From Dehalococcoidia bacterium (GTDB lineage: Bacteria > Chloroflexota > Dehalococcoidia > Lucifugimonadales > UBA3495), in NCBI GenBank assembly GCA_965204865.1, contig OZ242027.1, forward strand, positions 3,779,986 to 3,843,985: 64,000 nucleotides of DNA, given 5' to 3'. Both the position numbers and the translations under genes were made by a program. A model generated the notes under the pieces. It was not told where the DNA came from and did not search any database. It was given only the letters and a program-made list of their open reading frames with translations. Below are positions 1 to 8,420 of the stretch, piece after piece (within the stretch, counting starts at the first letter, position 1; the number at the start of each line of letters is the position of its first letter).

Positions 1-542
1 GCCAGGACATCTGCTTCATTCCGCTGGGCGACTACCGCGAGTTCCTGCGCCAGCGAGCCGAGGGGGCGCCGGGTGAAGTCGTTGACCTTAACGGCACCGT
101 GTTGGGCGGTCACCAGGGCATCGAATACTACACTGTGGGCCAGCGCCGGGGCTTGGGTTCGCTGCCGTACAGCGATGAGCCGCGCTACGTCGTCCGGCTG
201 GACGCCGCCGCCAACCGCGTGGTTGTCGGGCCGGAGAGCGCCCTCTACGCCGGGGAGGCGTGGCTGTCGGGCGTGAACTACGTCAGCGGCCACCCGCCCA
301 CCGACGGCGCGCCTGTCGCAGTCAAGATACGCTACAAGGCATACGAGGCCCCGGCGACGCTGCACCCCCGGCCCGGCGGTGCGCTGGTGCGCTTCCGCGA
401 CCCGCAGCGGGCCGTCACGCCAGGCCAGGCCGCGGTCTTCTATGACGGCGACACCTTGCTGGGCGGAGGCACCATCGAGCCGGAGGGTGAGGGTGGTCAC
501 AATCAGGAATCTGTGCCGATGAGTTATCGAATACTGGCATGA
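1..542 (+). CDS. mnmA: tRNA 2-thiouridine(34) synthase MnmA, C-terminal part (5' end outside window)
   Basis: Frame 3 reads QDICFIPLGDYREFL from base 3. It runs into ORF 99..542 (GIEYYTVGQRRGLG, VKIRYK) and is open to the window edge. Confidence 0.9.
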   Translation, partial: QDICFIPLGDYREFLRQRAEGAPGEVVDLNGTVLGGHQGIEYYTVGQRRGLGSLPYSDEPRYVVRLDAAANRVVVGPESALYAGEAWLSGVNYVSGHPPTDGAPVAVKIRYKAYEAPATLHPRPGGALVRFRDPQRAVTPGQAAVFYDGDTLLGGGTIEPEGEGGHNQESVPMSYRILA

Positions 543-925
543 GTCCAGGCGAAGAACGCGTAACTAAGGAATGCCGGTTGCGTCGAGCGTTTGAGGATTT
601 GCCCAAAAGCAGGTACTGGAGAACGCGAGCAAATGCTCACTTAGGGCGAGGAGGATTGACTCCGAAAATAATAGCTTCAGTACTTGAATTGCCAACGGAA
701 ATTGATTCCCAAATTCGGAGGAAAGGTCCACGGCGGGCGTTTTTCCGATACTATCCGAGTGGTTCTGGAGGAATAGTCGGGTTAACCGACGCGGAGGGTG
801 GAGCTTGGTTTCGAGTTGTCCTAGATGACACCGGAGCCCTTTATACTGCATTCTGTGACTATTTCACTGAAAAAGAAGGAGGTGTGTATTCTTGTCCTAC
901 TCCGAGCACGAAGACAAACTTTTGA
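539..925 (+). CDS. hypothetical protein, possible DUF4258-like toxin
   Basis: 128-aa ORF in a visibly low-GC islet. Its ATG overlaps the mnmA stop (ATGA). The C-terminal half (GIVGLTDAEGGAWFRVVLDDTGALYTAF) only loosely resembles DUF4258 toxins, which usually pair with DUF2283 proteins. Confidence 0.4.
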   Translation: MSPGEERVTKECRLRRAFEDLPKSRYWRTRANAHLGRGGLTPKIIASVLELPTEIDSQIRRKGPRRAFFRYYPSGSGGIVGLTDAEGGAWFRVVLDDTGALYTAFCDYFTEKEGGVYSCPTPSTKTNF

Positions 926-1191
926 CCAAAAGTCATCAGCAACCCATCACGCCTGCATCCCTGCCTCGTGAAATAGAGTACGAACCAGAGTCAGACACAT
1001 TGTGGATAGGGAACGGAAGGCCCTCTCCAAACGGAATGGATTTGTTCGACGGTTGCATAATATTCTTTGACGAAGAAAAGCGAGTTAGCGGGATAATGGT
1101 AGAGGACGCCAAGGAACTCTTGTTACCTATACTCAACGGCGAAAATTCGGGGCATTCGAAAAGCGAGACGCCGAAGAGGGCTACCGAATAA
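892..1191 (+). CDS. DUF2283-like small protein (putative antitoxin)
   Basis: TTG start lies 9 nt after a strong GAAGGAGG. EYEPESDTLWIGNG...IIFFDEEKRVSGIMVEDAKELL fits the DUF2283 pattern. Confidence 0.5.
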   Translation: MSYSEHEDKLLTKSHQQPITPASLPREIEYEPESDTLWIGNGRPSPNGMDLFDGCIIFFDEEKRVSGIMVEDAKELLLPILNGENSGHSKSETPKRATE

Positions 1192-1193
1192 GA

Positions 1194-1838
1194 ATGCCCG
1201 ACTTCTCGCTGGAACTAGCGTTGCTGCGGCGGGGCGTGCGGCCGGTGGCCGGGGCCGACGAGGCCGGGCGCGGGCCGCTGGCCGGGCCGGTGGTGGCCGC
1301 CGCCGTGGTCCTGCCGCCGGAACTCACCGGGTACGAGGGATGGTTGCGGCTGCTGAACGATTCCAAGCGGCTCACGGCTCCGCGGCGAGAGCAGGCGTTT
1401 GAGGCGGTGCAGGAACACGCTCTGGCCTGGGCCGTGGCAGTGGTTGAGCCGGAAGAGATTGACCGCATCGGCGTAGGCGTTGCGGCGTTGCGGGCCATGC
1501 TGACGGCGGCGGACGCCCTCAGCGTCAGGCCCGCTCACCTGCTCCTTGACTACATCCCGGTGCGCCACTGCCCCTATCCCCACGATGCCGTGGTCAAGGG
1601 CGACAGCCGAAGTTACAGCATCGCCGCCGCCTCCAATGTGGCAAAGGTCACCCGCGACCGGATTATGGGCGACTACGAACAGGCATATCCCGGCTACGGC
1701 TTCGCCCGGCACAAGGGTTACGCCACCGCCCTTCATTTGGAGAAACTGCGCGAAATCGGCCCCTGCGACATCCACCGCCGTTCCTTCGCTCCAGTGGCCC
1801 AAGCCCGCCTCGCCTTCCGGGAGCAGTCCCTCCGGTGA
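1194..1838 (+). CDS. rnhB: ribonuclease HII
   Basis: GADEAGRGPLAGPVVAAAVVL catalytic motif, DSKRLT, and full-length RNase HII architecture. Confidence 0.95.
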   Translation: MPDFSLELALLRRGVRPVAGADEAGRGPLAGPVVAAAVVLPPELTGYEGWLRLLNDSKRLTAPRREQAFEAVQEHALAWAVAVVEPEEIDRIGVGVAALRAMLTAADALSVRPAHLLLDYIPVRHCPYPHDAVVKGDSRSYSIAAASNVAKVTRDRIMGDYEQAYPGYGFARHKGYATALHLEKLREIGPCDIHRRSFAPVAQARLAFREQSLR

Positions 1839-2212
1839 CCAGCCGCGCCAGATTGGGGCAGTGGGGCGAGCGGCAGGCCCGGCTATACCTGGAGGCCGAG
1901 GGTTACGGCATCGTCGCCGCCAACTTCCGGTGCCGCACCGGAGAGATAGACATCGTTGCCATCGACGGCGACGAGCTGGTCTTCGTGGAAGTGAAGACCC
2001 GTCGCGGCGACGCCTACGGATTAGCAGAAGAATCCATATCCCCGGTCAGGGCCGAGCGGCTGGTCGCTGTCGCCGAAGAGTTCTTGCAATCGCGCAGCGC
2101 GTTTCCCTACGACTCCGAAACGCCCTGGCGCATAGACCTCGTGTGCGTGAACTTGGACAGCAATGGAAAGCTGTTCAACGTCAATCACATCAGGCACGCG
2201 GTGGAGTTCTAG
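1835..2212 (+). CDS. YraN family (UPF0102) endonuclease-like protein
   Basis: GERQARLYLEAEGYGIVAANFRCRTGEIDIVAIDGDELVFVEVKTRR. The GTG start overlaps the rnhB stop (GTGA). Confidence 0.85.
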   Translation: MTSRARLGQWGERQARLYLEAEGYGIVAANFRCRTGEIDIVAIDGDELVFVEVKTRRGDAYGLAEESISPVRAERLVAVAEEFLQSRSAFPYDSETPWRIDLVCVNLDSNGKLFNVNHIRHAVEF

Positions 2213-2257
2213 GAAGTATCGCCAAAATGGGTTGTCATACGTGCGACATTGTCATTT

Positions 2258-2357
2258 CCGTCATTCCGACGAAAGCCGGAATCCAGGTGTTTCCCTGTAA
2301 ACAAATCTTTCTGCGGCGTAGAGTGATTCTGGATTCCGGCTTTCGTCGGAATGACGG
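2258..2357. repeat. Family A paired inverted-repeat element (CCGTCATTCCG-N-GAAAGCCGGAATCCAG units)
   Basis: Unit at 2258..2286 and its reverse complement at 2329..2357, separated by a 42-bp spacer. The same units recur at 17242, 38451 and 63019. Translation gives the VIPTKAGIQ / SGFRRNDG artefact peptides. Confidence 0.85.
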
Positions 2358-2498
2358 AAAGGGTGGCGTGAGGCGAGGCGATGTGTAGAGACTCCGCCGG
2401 TGTCGGGCTGAGGGGCAGAGTGAGGCGGCACGTCATCCCCCAGAAAATGAAAATCAGCGCCAACAGGAGCGCGAGCATAAGGCAACCTGCTCGGCGGT

Positions 2499-3317
2499 TC
2501 ACGGTTGCGGCTGCTCCTCGGCCTGTTCTCCGGCTTGTTCCAAAGATGGAGCGGCGCGGCGGTTTATCTGGGCGGCCAGGTATCCCGCGCCGAAGCCGTT
2601 GTCGATGTTGACCACCGCCACCCCGGGGGCGCAACTGTTCAGCATCGCCAGCAACGCCGCCAGCCCCTCGAAGCTGGCCCCGTAGCCAGCGCTGGTGGGC
2701 ACAGCGATGACCGGGGCCGAAACCAGCCCGGCGATGACCGAAGGCAAGGCCGCGTCCATCCCGGCAATCACGATGATGACCTTCGCCTCACGTATCTCCG
2801 GCAGGCGGGCCAGCAGCCGGTGCAGCCCGGCCACGCCCACGTCGGCGATGAGGGCGGGGGCCTGCCCCATCAGTCGCGCCGTCAGCAGGGCTTCCTCCGC
2901 CACCGGCAGGTCGGCGGTGCCAGCGGTGACGATCAACGCTCCCGGCGTACCTGGCTTGCTCGACTCTGCCGGTATAACGACAGCGCCCGCAGGTTCGTGG
3001 TATTCAGCTTCAGGCGCGACTTCCAGAACCGCGGCGTAGACGTCCCACCCGGTCTTGGTGACCAGCACGGGATGGCCGCGCCCCCGCAACGCACTCACGA
3101 TGCCCGCCACCTGCTGCGGCGTCTTGCCCTTGCCCAGCACCACCTCGGGCGAGCCGGTGCGCAGCGGGCGGTGGTGGTCAATGCGGGCGTATCCCAGGTC
3201 CTGGTAGGGCAGGTCGCGCAGCCGCTCCATCGCCTGCTCGGAGGACAGTTGCCCGTCGCGCACCTGCTCCAGCAACCTCTGGATGCCGCCGCCGTTGCTT
3301 GCCGGATTCGAGGCCAT
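2499..3317 (-). CDS. larB: pyridinium-3,5-biscarboxylic acid mononucleotide synthase LarB (NCAIR-mutase-like)
   Basis: AGTADLPVAEEALLTARLMG and VIIVIAGMDAALPSVIAGL motifs. The start is taken at MASNPAS; an upstream ATG at 3356 would overlap larC. Confidence 0.85.
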   Translation of the reverse strand: MASNPASNGGGIQRLLEQVRDGQLSSEQAMERLRDLPYQDLGYARIDHHRPLRTGSPEVVLGKGKTPQQVAGIVSALRGRGHPVLVTKTGWDVYAAVLEVAPEAEYHEPAGAVVIPAESSKPGTPGALIVTAGTADLPVAEEALLTARLMGQAPALIADVGVAGLHRLLARLPEIREAKVIIVIAGMDAALPSVIAGLVSAPVIAVPTSAGYGASFEGLAALLAMLNSCAPGVAVVNIDNGFGAGYLAAQINRRAAPSLEQAGEQAEEQPQP

Positions 3318-3321
3318 TGGT

Positions 3322-4560
3322 TCAGTCCAGGAGCTGCTGCCGGGCGGCTTCGGCAACTCGCTGGTAGACTTCCTGGAAGGGCAGGCCGGTCGAGATGGCG
3401 ATGCGGCGGCAGTCGTCCGGCTCCGGGGCGGCGCTGACCGGAGAGCCGTCCAGCGACTTTACCTTGACGCTGACCGGGCCAAGCTCGGTTTCGATGGTGA
3501 CGCTGTGGCGGTGGGCCACGTAGCGGTCCACCAAGCGCGAGCGGATGCCCAACGTAGGGGTTTCCCTCAGCATCAGCTCGACGGCGGCCTGCTCCAGGTG
3601 CGGAGGCACCAGCGCCGACAGCACCGCGCCTGGGCGGTTCTTCTTCATCTGCACCGGCGTGTGCCACACGTCCAGCGCGCCCAGGGCGAACAGCCGCTCC
3701 TGCGCGTAGCCCAGCACCAGCCCCGGCGCGTCGTCCAGGTTGGTTTCCAGCAAGACAACGCTGGCCGGCTGGAAGATGCCCTGAATCCCCTCTCCCTCTG
3801 GGAGAGGGTTAGGGTGAGGGCGTTGTGGCGCATCGGCAGTCTCCCCCAGCCACACTCGCAGGGCGTTGGGGAAACCCGGCGGGTCTTTCATCCCCAGGCC
3901 GACGCCCACCTTCTGCACGGAGAAGGCGGGGCGGCGGAACTCGGATAGCGTAGTGATGAGCGCGGCTCCGGTTGGCGTGGTCAGCTCGCCGGACCCGGCG
4001 TGGGCCGGGCTGTCGGCGGCCACCGGCGCTCTGGTCGCGGCTATCAGTTCCAGCGTGGCCGGCGCGGGGTTGGAGTAGCCGCCGGGCCGTCGCGGCGGCG
4101 AGGGTTCGCCCAGCACCAGCGGCGCGGCGTACACTTCCCCCACGCCCAACTCCCGCAGGCCAATGCAGAACCCAACGACGTCGACCAGCGTGTCCACGCT
4201 GCCCAGCTCTTCCAGTTCCAGGGCTTGCTCCGGCTCGCCGTGTACTCTGGCTTCGGCTTTCCACAGAATTCGCAGGACTTCGCTGGCCTGCTCCTTCACA
4301 GCCGGGTCGAGGGGGCTGGTCTCGACTGTGCGGAGCAACACGGCGGGAGAGTAGCGAGTGCGGTCTTCCAGATGGACCTTGAGGTGGGTGCCACGGATTT
4401 CGCAGCGAGTTTCTTCCGCGGCGTCCAAGGAGTATCCGTCTACGGGCAGCTTCGCCAACTCACTCCGCAGCAGTTCCAGTGAGAGGCCCGCGTCAACCAG
4501 CGCGCCCAGCAGCATATCGCCGCTGGCGCCGCCGATGGACTGGATATAGACGATCCGCAT
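3322..4560 (-). CDS. larC: nickel-pincer cofactor nickel insertion protein LarC (DUF111)
   Basis: MRIVYIQSIGGASGDMLLGALVDAG N-terminus. Single uninterrupted 412-aa ORF. Contains an in-frame repeat-derived insert, PHPNPLPEGEGIQ. Confidence 0.9.
   Translation of the reverse strand: MRIVYIQSIGGASGDMLLGALVDAGLSLELLRSELAKLPVDGYSLDAAEETRCEIRGTHLKVHLEDRTRYSPAVLLRTVETSPLDPAVKEQASEVLRILWKAEARVHGEPEQALELEELGSVDTLVDVVGFCIGLRELGVGEVYAAPLVLGEPSPPRRPGGYSNPAPATLELIAATRAPVAADSPAHAGSGELTTPTGAALITTLSEFRRPAFSVQKVGVGLGMKDPPGFPNALRVWLGETADAPQRPHPNPLPEGEGIQGIFQPASVVLLETNLDDAPGLVLGYAQERLFALGALDVWHTPVQMKKNRPGAVLSALVPPHLEQAAVELMLRETPTLGIRSRLVDRYVAHRHSVTIETELGPVSVKVKSLDGSPVSAAPEPDDCRRIAISTGLPFQEVYQRVAEAARQQLLD
3787..3821. 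repeat. Family D GC-rich hairpin repeat (CCCCTCTCCCTCTGGGAGAGGGTTAGGGTGAGGGC) inside larC
   Basis: Near-identical copies at 16444..16479 and 27053..27086 (inverted), plus a partial copy at 56781..56801. Confidence 0.9.
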
Positions 4561-4563
4561 ACG

Positions 4564-5412
4564 CTAACGGGGAGGCACCGCAACGGACAGCTTCAGTTGG
4601 TCGTTGAGGCTGCCGGAGCGCAGAGGAGCTAGGTCCAGCGAGACCCACAGGTAGCCGATCTTCTTCAGCCCGGCAACGATTTCCTCGCGGTGGCGGAAGG
4701 CGATTTCCATGTCGGCCTCGGACGCCTCGACGCGGCAGAGCTTGTCGTGGTGCCGCGCACGCACTTCCCGCAGGCCCAAGCCGCGAAGGAAGTCCTCGGC
4801 CCGTTCGATTTTCGACAGCGTTTCCACGGTGACGGGCGTGCCGTAAGGCACCCGCGACGACAGGCAGGGCTGGGCGGGTTTGTCCCAGACGGGTATGTCC
4901 AGTTGTCGGGCTATGGCGCGCACCGCCGCCTTGTCCAGCCCGGCCTCCAGCAGCGGACTGCGGGCCTTGTGCTCCGCTGCCGCCTCCATGCCGGGGCGAT
5001 AGTCGCCCTGGTCGTCGGTGTTGGCGCCGTTGGCGACCCAGGCGTAGTTTTCGGCGTGGGCCAGCGCGGTCAGGTGAGTGTACAGCTCGGTCTTGCAGAA
5101 GTAGCAGCGGCGGGGTGAGTTAGCGGTATAGCCCTCGCGCTCCATCTCATTGGTGCGTATGACGCGGTGGGCGAAACCGAACTGCCGGGCCAGCCCCTCG
5201 GCCTCTTCCAGCTCGCGGGCCGCCAGCGCCGGAGAAACCGCGGTCACCGCCAGCGCGTGGCCGCCCAGCGTCTGGTGCGCGGCCACGGCCACCAGCGCGC
5301 TGTCCACGCCCCCGGAGAAGGCGGTCACCACCGACCCCATCTCCCACAGGATGCGGCGCAGCGCTTCAAGCCGTATGTCCAGACTTTCCGTTTCCAAGTT
5401 AATGTCCGCCAA
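4564..5412 (-). CDS. larE: ATP-dependent sacrificial sulfur transferase LarE (PP-loop ATPase)
   Basis: AFSGGVDSALVA PP-loop, a conserved Cys-containing region, and a position 3 nt upstream of larC. Confidence 0.9.
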   Translation of the reverse strand: MADINLETESLDIRLEALRRILWEMGSVVTAFSGGVDSALVAVAAHQTLGGHALAVTAVSPALAARELEEAEGLARQFGFAHRVIRTNEMEREGYTANSPRRCYFCKTELYTHLTALAHAENYAWVANGANTDDQGDYRPGMEAAAEHKARSPLLEAGLDKAAVRAIARQLDIPVWDKPAQPCLSSRVPYGTPVTVETLSKIERAEDFLRGLGLREVRARHHDKLCRVEASEADMEIAFRHREEIVAGLKKIGYLWVSLDLAPLRSGSLNDQLKLSVAVPPR

Positions 5413-5421
5413 AATCAGACG

Positions 5422-6192
5422 TTAAGTGCCTTCATTGAGGAACGCCGTCACCGCGTCGGCGAAGGCGTCGGGCTGTTCCAGCATCAGCAGATGCCCGGCG
5501 TCGGCTACGGTTCCCGTCCGCGACCCGGCAATCAGACCCTGGAAGTCGGCGGCGTAGGACGGCGGATTGATGCGGTCCTGCTCGCCCCACAGGATGAGCG
5601 TCGGGGCCTTGATGCGGTAGGCGCGGCGATGCAGCCCCTTGTCGGGCAGGGGCCAGAGGAACTTGCCAGCGGCGGCGATGTCCTGCATCCGGTCGCGGGC
5701 CAGCATATCGGGCAGTCCGTTGAGGGATGCCGCACCGTCGGGGGTTGCGGTCAGACGTTCCGACAGTTCGTTGGCGTTCAGGGCCAGCAGGTCGGCTACC
5801 GGCTCCTCGTCGCGCCACACTCCTGCCGGCGAAACCAGAGCCAGCCGGTTCACTGACTGCGGCGAGAAGGCGGCCATCTCGGCGGCAATCATCCCGCCGA
5901 GGAAGTGGCCCACGACGTGGGCGCGTTCAACGCCAAGGGCGTCCAGCAGCGCCAGATGATACAGGGTCAGGTCGGTGAGGTCGGCCAGATGCTCCAGCCC
6001 GGCGGCCTCGCCGTAGCCGGGGATATACGGGGCGTAGACGGTGAACTGGCGCGACAGCCGCTCCAGGAACGGCGCCCACCCCTTCTGCCCTACCGCCCCG
6101 TGCAGGTACAGTAGCGGCGGCCCGTCCCCGCTCGTCTCGACGATGGCGCGAAAGTCGCCGCCGCGCATTTCCAGGTTGATAGTTTCAGGCAT
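5422..6192 (-). CDS. alpha/beta-hydrolase-fold protein with Phe at the nucleophile position
   Basis: LLYLHGAVG, the nucleophile elbow reads VVGHFLGG (canonical G-H-S-x-G-G), and the C-terminal His is present (DAGHLLMLEQP). Confidence 0.75.
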   Translation of the reverse strand: MPETINLEMRGGDFRAIVETSGDGPPLLYLHGAVGQKGWAPFLERLSRQFTVYAPYIPGYGEAAGLEHLADLTDLTLYHLALLDALGVERAHVVGHFLGGMIAAEMAAFSPQSVNRLALVSPAGVWRDEEPVADLLALNANELSERLTATPDGAASLNGLPDMLARDRMQDIAAAGKFLWPLPDKGLHRRAYRIKAPTLILWGEQDRINPPSYAADFQGLIAGSRTGTVADAGHLLMLEQPDAFADAVTAFLNEGT

Positions 6193-7717
6193 CGTTGCTC
6201 CGCTGGTTCAAGATACTTTGCGGCACCGGAAAGTCCTTGATAAACGACTTGGCGTAAGACATCCAGCCCCCTTGATATGGCCGGCTGGTTTGACGGATGA
6301 AAAAGTCCATGTCGTCCGAATTTAGCACATCCTGTAGTGCGGTCATGTCAATCGTCTGCTTGGGTTTGATGCAGTATCCTGAATAGAAAGTCGCTTCCGG
6401 ATTAGGGCAGCGCTGGAAATTCGGATGCCGGTTCATGCCGGAGGTCAGGATCTTGTCGCCAAAACCGGATAGTATCGAAACCTGGCGGCCGAATCCGTAC
6501 CACTTGGTTGGGTCAAATTTACCCTTGTCCCGGTTCAGCAAGCGGTTTTTATGGAGCGACAGCCATTCGTAAGCTGCTGGGGCCTGCTCTGCGATATATT
6601 CCTCCGTCAGTAGCTTGCCGTCAGCGGAGTAAGGGAAGATGACAACCCGGTTTACCGGGTCTTCCCCTCCTTTCATAACGGACGCCTTGACTACATCCCG
6701 CAATATCCAGCTTTCCAAGTATACGGTTTCTCCGCCAATGTCGCAGGGCAAACAATCAGCGTCCTTACGATTAACCTGGCTCTGTCCGGCCAGCGGCAAG
6801 ATGAACACGTCGTCGGCCAGCGTCTGGAGGCCGACGTGAATATCCGCTATATCGGACAAAACCGGGCCGCGCATCACCAAATCGTTCATGCGCTCCCGCT
6901 CAGCGCCGGTTGAGGCCACCCACGATTGGGACGGGTTGGCGTAATCAACGGATATTGTGCCAGCATCTTCAAAACCCGAGCCATTAAATCTTTCCGCTGG
7001 TATGGACACGCACATCCCGCCTTTCTTGATTATCGCTATGACGGTGTACGTAGTTGCGTCATCAAATACTTGATGCTCAGCGAAATCTATGATTTTCCTT
7101 ACCGTATGCTCAGTGACCAGCATACGGCGCAGCATGGAACCGGAATCCGAGCGCAGCCAGCTTGACGGCGAAATGTAGCCTAATACGCCGCCCTCGCGGA
7201 GCAGGTCTAGCCCAAGTTCGTAGAACACCAGATACAAGTCGGTAGCCCCGCGAATCACATCCCATTGACCCGCAATGCGACTGCGCCCGGATTGCTCCAA
7301 ATGCTGAACTCTCACATACGGCGGATTTCCGACTACGTGGGTGAAACGTCCGAAATCGCCTCTGAACGTCTTCTTATCAAGGGCGTTTCGCTGGCGCAGC
7401 CGCCATTCAATCCGCTCCTCGGGATACCAGCCGGACAACACCCCGTCCAGCCGGTTGCGGCAAAGGGCGATGGCCTCCCGGTCTATGTCGTAGCCGGTCA
7501 TCCTGCGCAACACGGTCAGCGCATCGTCTCGTTGCAGCCGGGTCAAGACCCGCTGTGCTACCGACGTCAGAAAAGCCCCGTTGCCGCAGGCTGGGTCGCA
7601 TATAACCGAGTCAGCCAAATCCCTTGCCTGAACAGGCAAGACATTATCCAGGATGAGGCTGACAATCGGCTCCGGCGTATAGACTACGCCGTGCCGCTTC
7701 TTTTCGGATGTAATCAT
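6185..7717 (-). CDS. N6-adenine DNA methyltransferase, Eco57I/TaqI-like gamma class (type II R-M)
   Basis: GVVYTP (motif X), CDPACGNGAFL (motif I), VVGNPPYV (motif IV), and a long C-terminal target-recognition region. GC is lower than the flanks. Confidence 0.85.
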   Translation of the reverse strand: MITSEKKRHGVVYTPEPIVSLILDNVLPVQARDLADSVICDPACGNGAFLTSVAQRVLTRLQRDDALTVLRRMTGYDIDREAIALCRNRLDGVLSGWYPEERIEWRLRQRNALDKKTFRGDFGRFTHVVGNPPYVRVQHLEQSGRSRIAGQWDVIRGATDLYLVFYELGLDLLREGGVLGYISPSSWLRSDSGSMLRRMLVTEHTVRKIIDFAEHQVFDDATTYTVIAIIKKGGMCVSIPAERFNGSGFEDAGTISVDYANPSQSWVASTGAERERMNDLVMRGPVLSDIADIHVGLQTLADDVFILPLAGQSQVNRKDADCLPCDIGGETVYLESWILRDVVKASVMKGGEDPVNRVVIFPYSADGKLLTEEYIAEQAPAAYEWLSLHKNRLLNRDKGKFDPTKWYGFGRQVSILSGFGDKILTSGMNRHPNFQRCPNPEATFYSGYCIKPKQTIDMTALQDVLNSDDMDFFIRQTSRPYQGGWMSYAKSFIKDFPVPQSILNQRSNDA

Positions 7718-8403
7718 GGCGACAGATGCCTCAACTCAATGCGCCGGGCCATCCTCACGAAGAACAGGTTTAGGCTGAGGGCATTCGCCAGTGCGCCGCG
7801 GCTGTTTTCGCTTATATCCAAGTCTGCCGGATTAGTAATTCCGGTTACAGCATCCTGCTCAATGTCCAGCTCAACGATCCCTAGCGCCATTTCCTGTGGC
7901 GCGTGTATATGTTCGTGGTCGGCTCGGAGACTGGCGTACCGCTGGATGTCATGCTCCCTGATAGCTTCCAGTCTGGTAATTTCTCCGGCCCTGTTCTTGT
8001 AGGGTATGGGATTGGTGACACAGAACAGATTGCCGTATACCACATTTCGGCGGCGCAAGTTGGCGGTTTCGCCGATTTGCTGTTCCAAGTAGTTGATTGA
8101 ATTTTGCCAGTAATTTGAGATAACGAATTTAATGCTAATCACGCCAAGCTCTTGCCCGTCCCTTGATACTAGGACGTCAACGTCCTTGCCGTAGTACATA
8201 CCCTCAACGTTAGCTTCGTGAGTGCTTGCTGGCGATTGGCCGGTGAAAGCGTAACCGGCGCCTAACTCCCTGCGGAGTTCGTCTTGAACCCAACCGTGAA
8301 GAACTCTCGTTTTCTGGTTGGAGCGAGTCCCATACTCCAGCACCATCTGATATGACCGTTGCATCGCTGCCAAGAATCGCTGCTGTATATCAGCGTTGAC
8401 CAT
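7714..8403 (-). CDS. putative type II restriction endonuclease (PD-(D/E)XK-like)
   Basis: Its stop overlaps the methyltransferase start (ATGA). GKDVDVLVSRDGQELGVISIKF fits a D-X(n)-S/E-x-K nuclease core. No recognisable family; the start is taken at MVNAD. Confidence 0.55.
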   Translation of the reverse strand: MVNADIQQRFLAAMQRSYQMVLEYGTRSNQKTRVLHGWVQDELRRELGAGYAFTGQSPASTHEANVEGMYYGKDVDVLVSRDGQELGVISIKFVISNYWQNSINYLEQQIGETANLRRRNVVYGNLFCVTNPIPYKNRAGEITRLEAIREHDIQRYASLRADHEHIHAPQEMALGIVELDIEQDAVTGITNPADLDISENSRGALANALSLNLFFVRMARRIELRHLSP

Positions 8404-8420
8404 ATTCTTATTGCCCGCGG

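Noticed and set aside
2209-2634. 141-aa ORF spanning the repeat region downstream of yraN
   Set aside because: It is built largely from family A repeat translation (VIPTKAGIQ, SGFRRNDG) and overlaps the larB 3' end. There is no coding signal.
3322-4560. Programmed frameshift in larC (as in Lactobacillus larC1/larC2)
   Set aside because: Here LarC is one uninterrupted ORF. The only oddity is the in-frame repeat insert.
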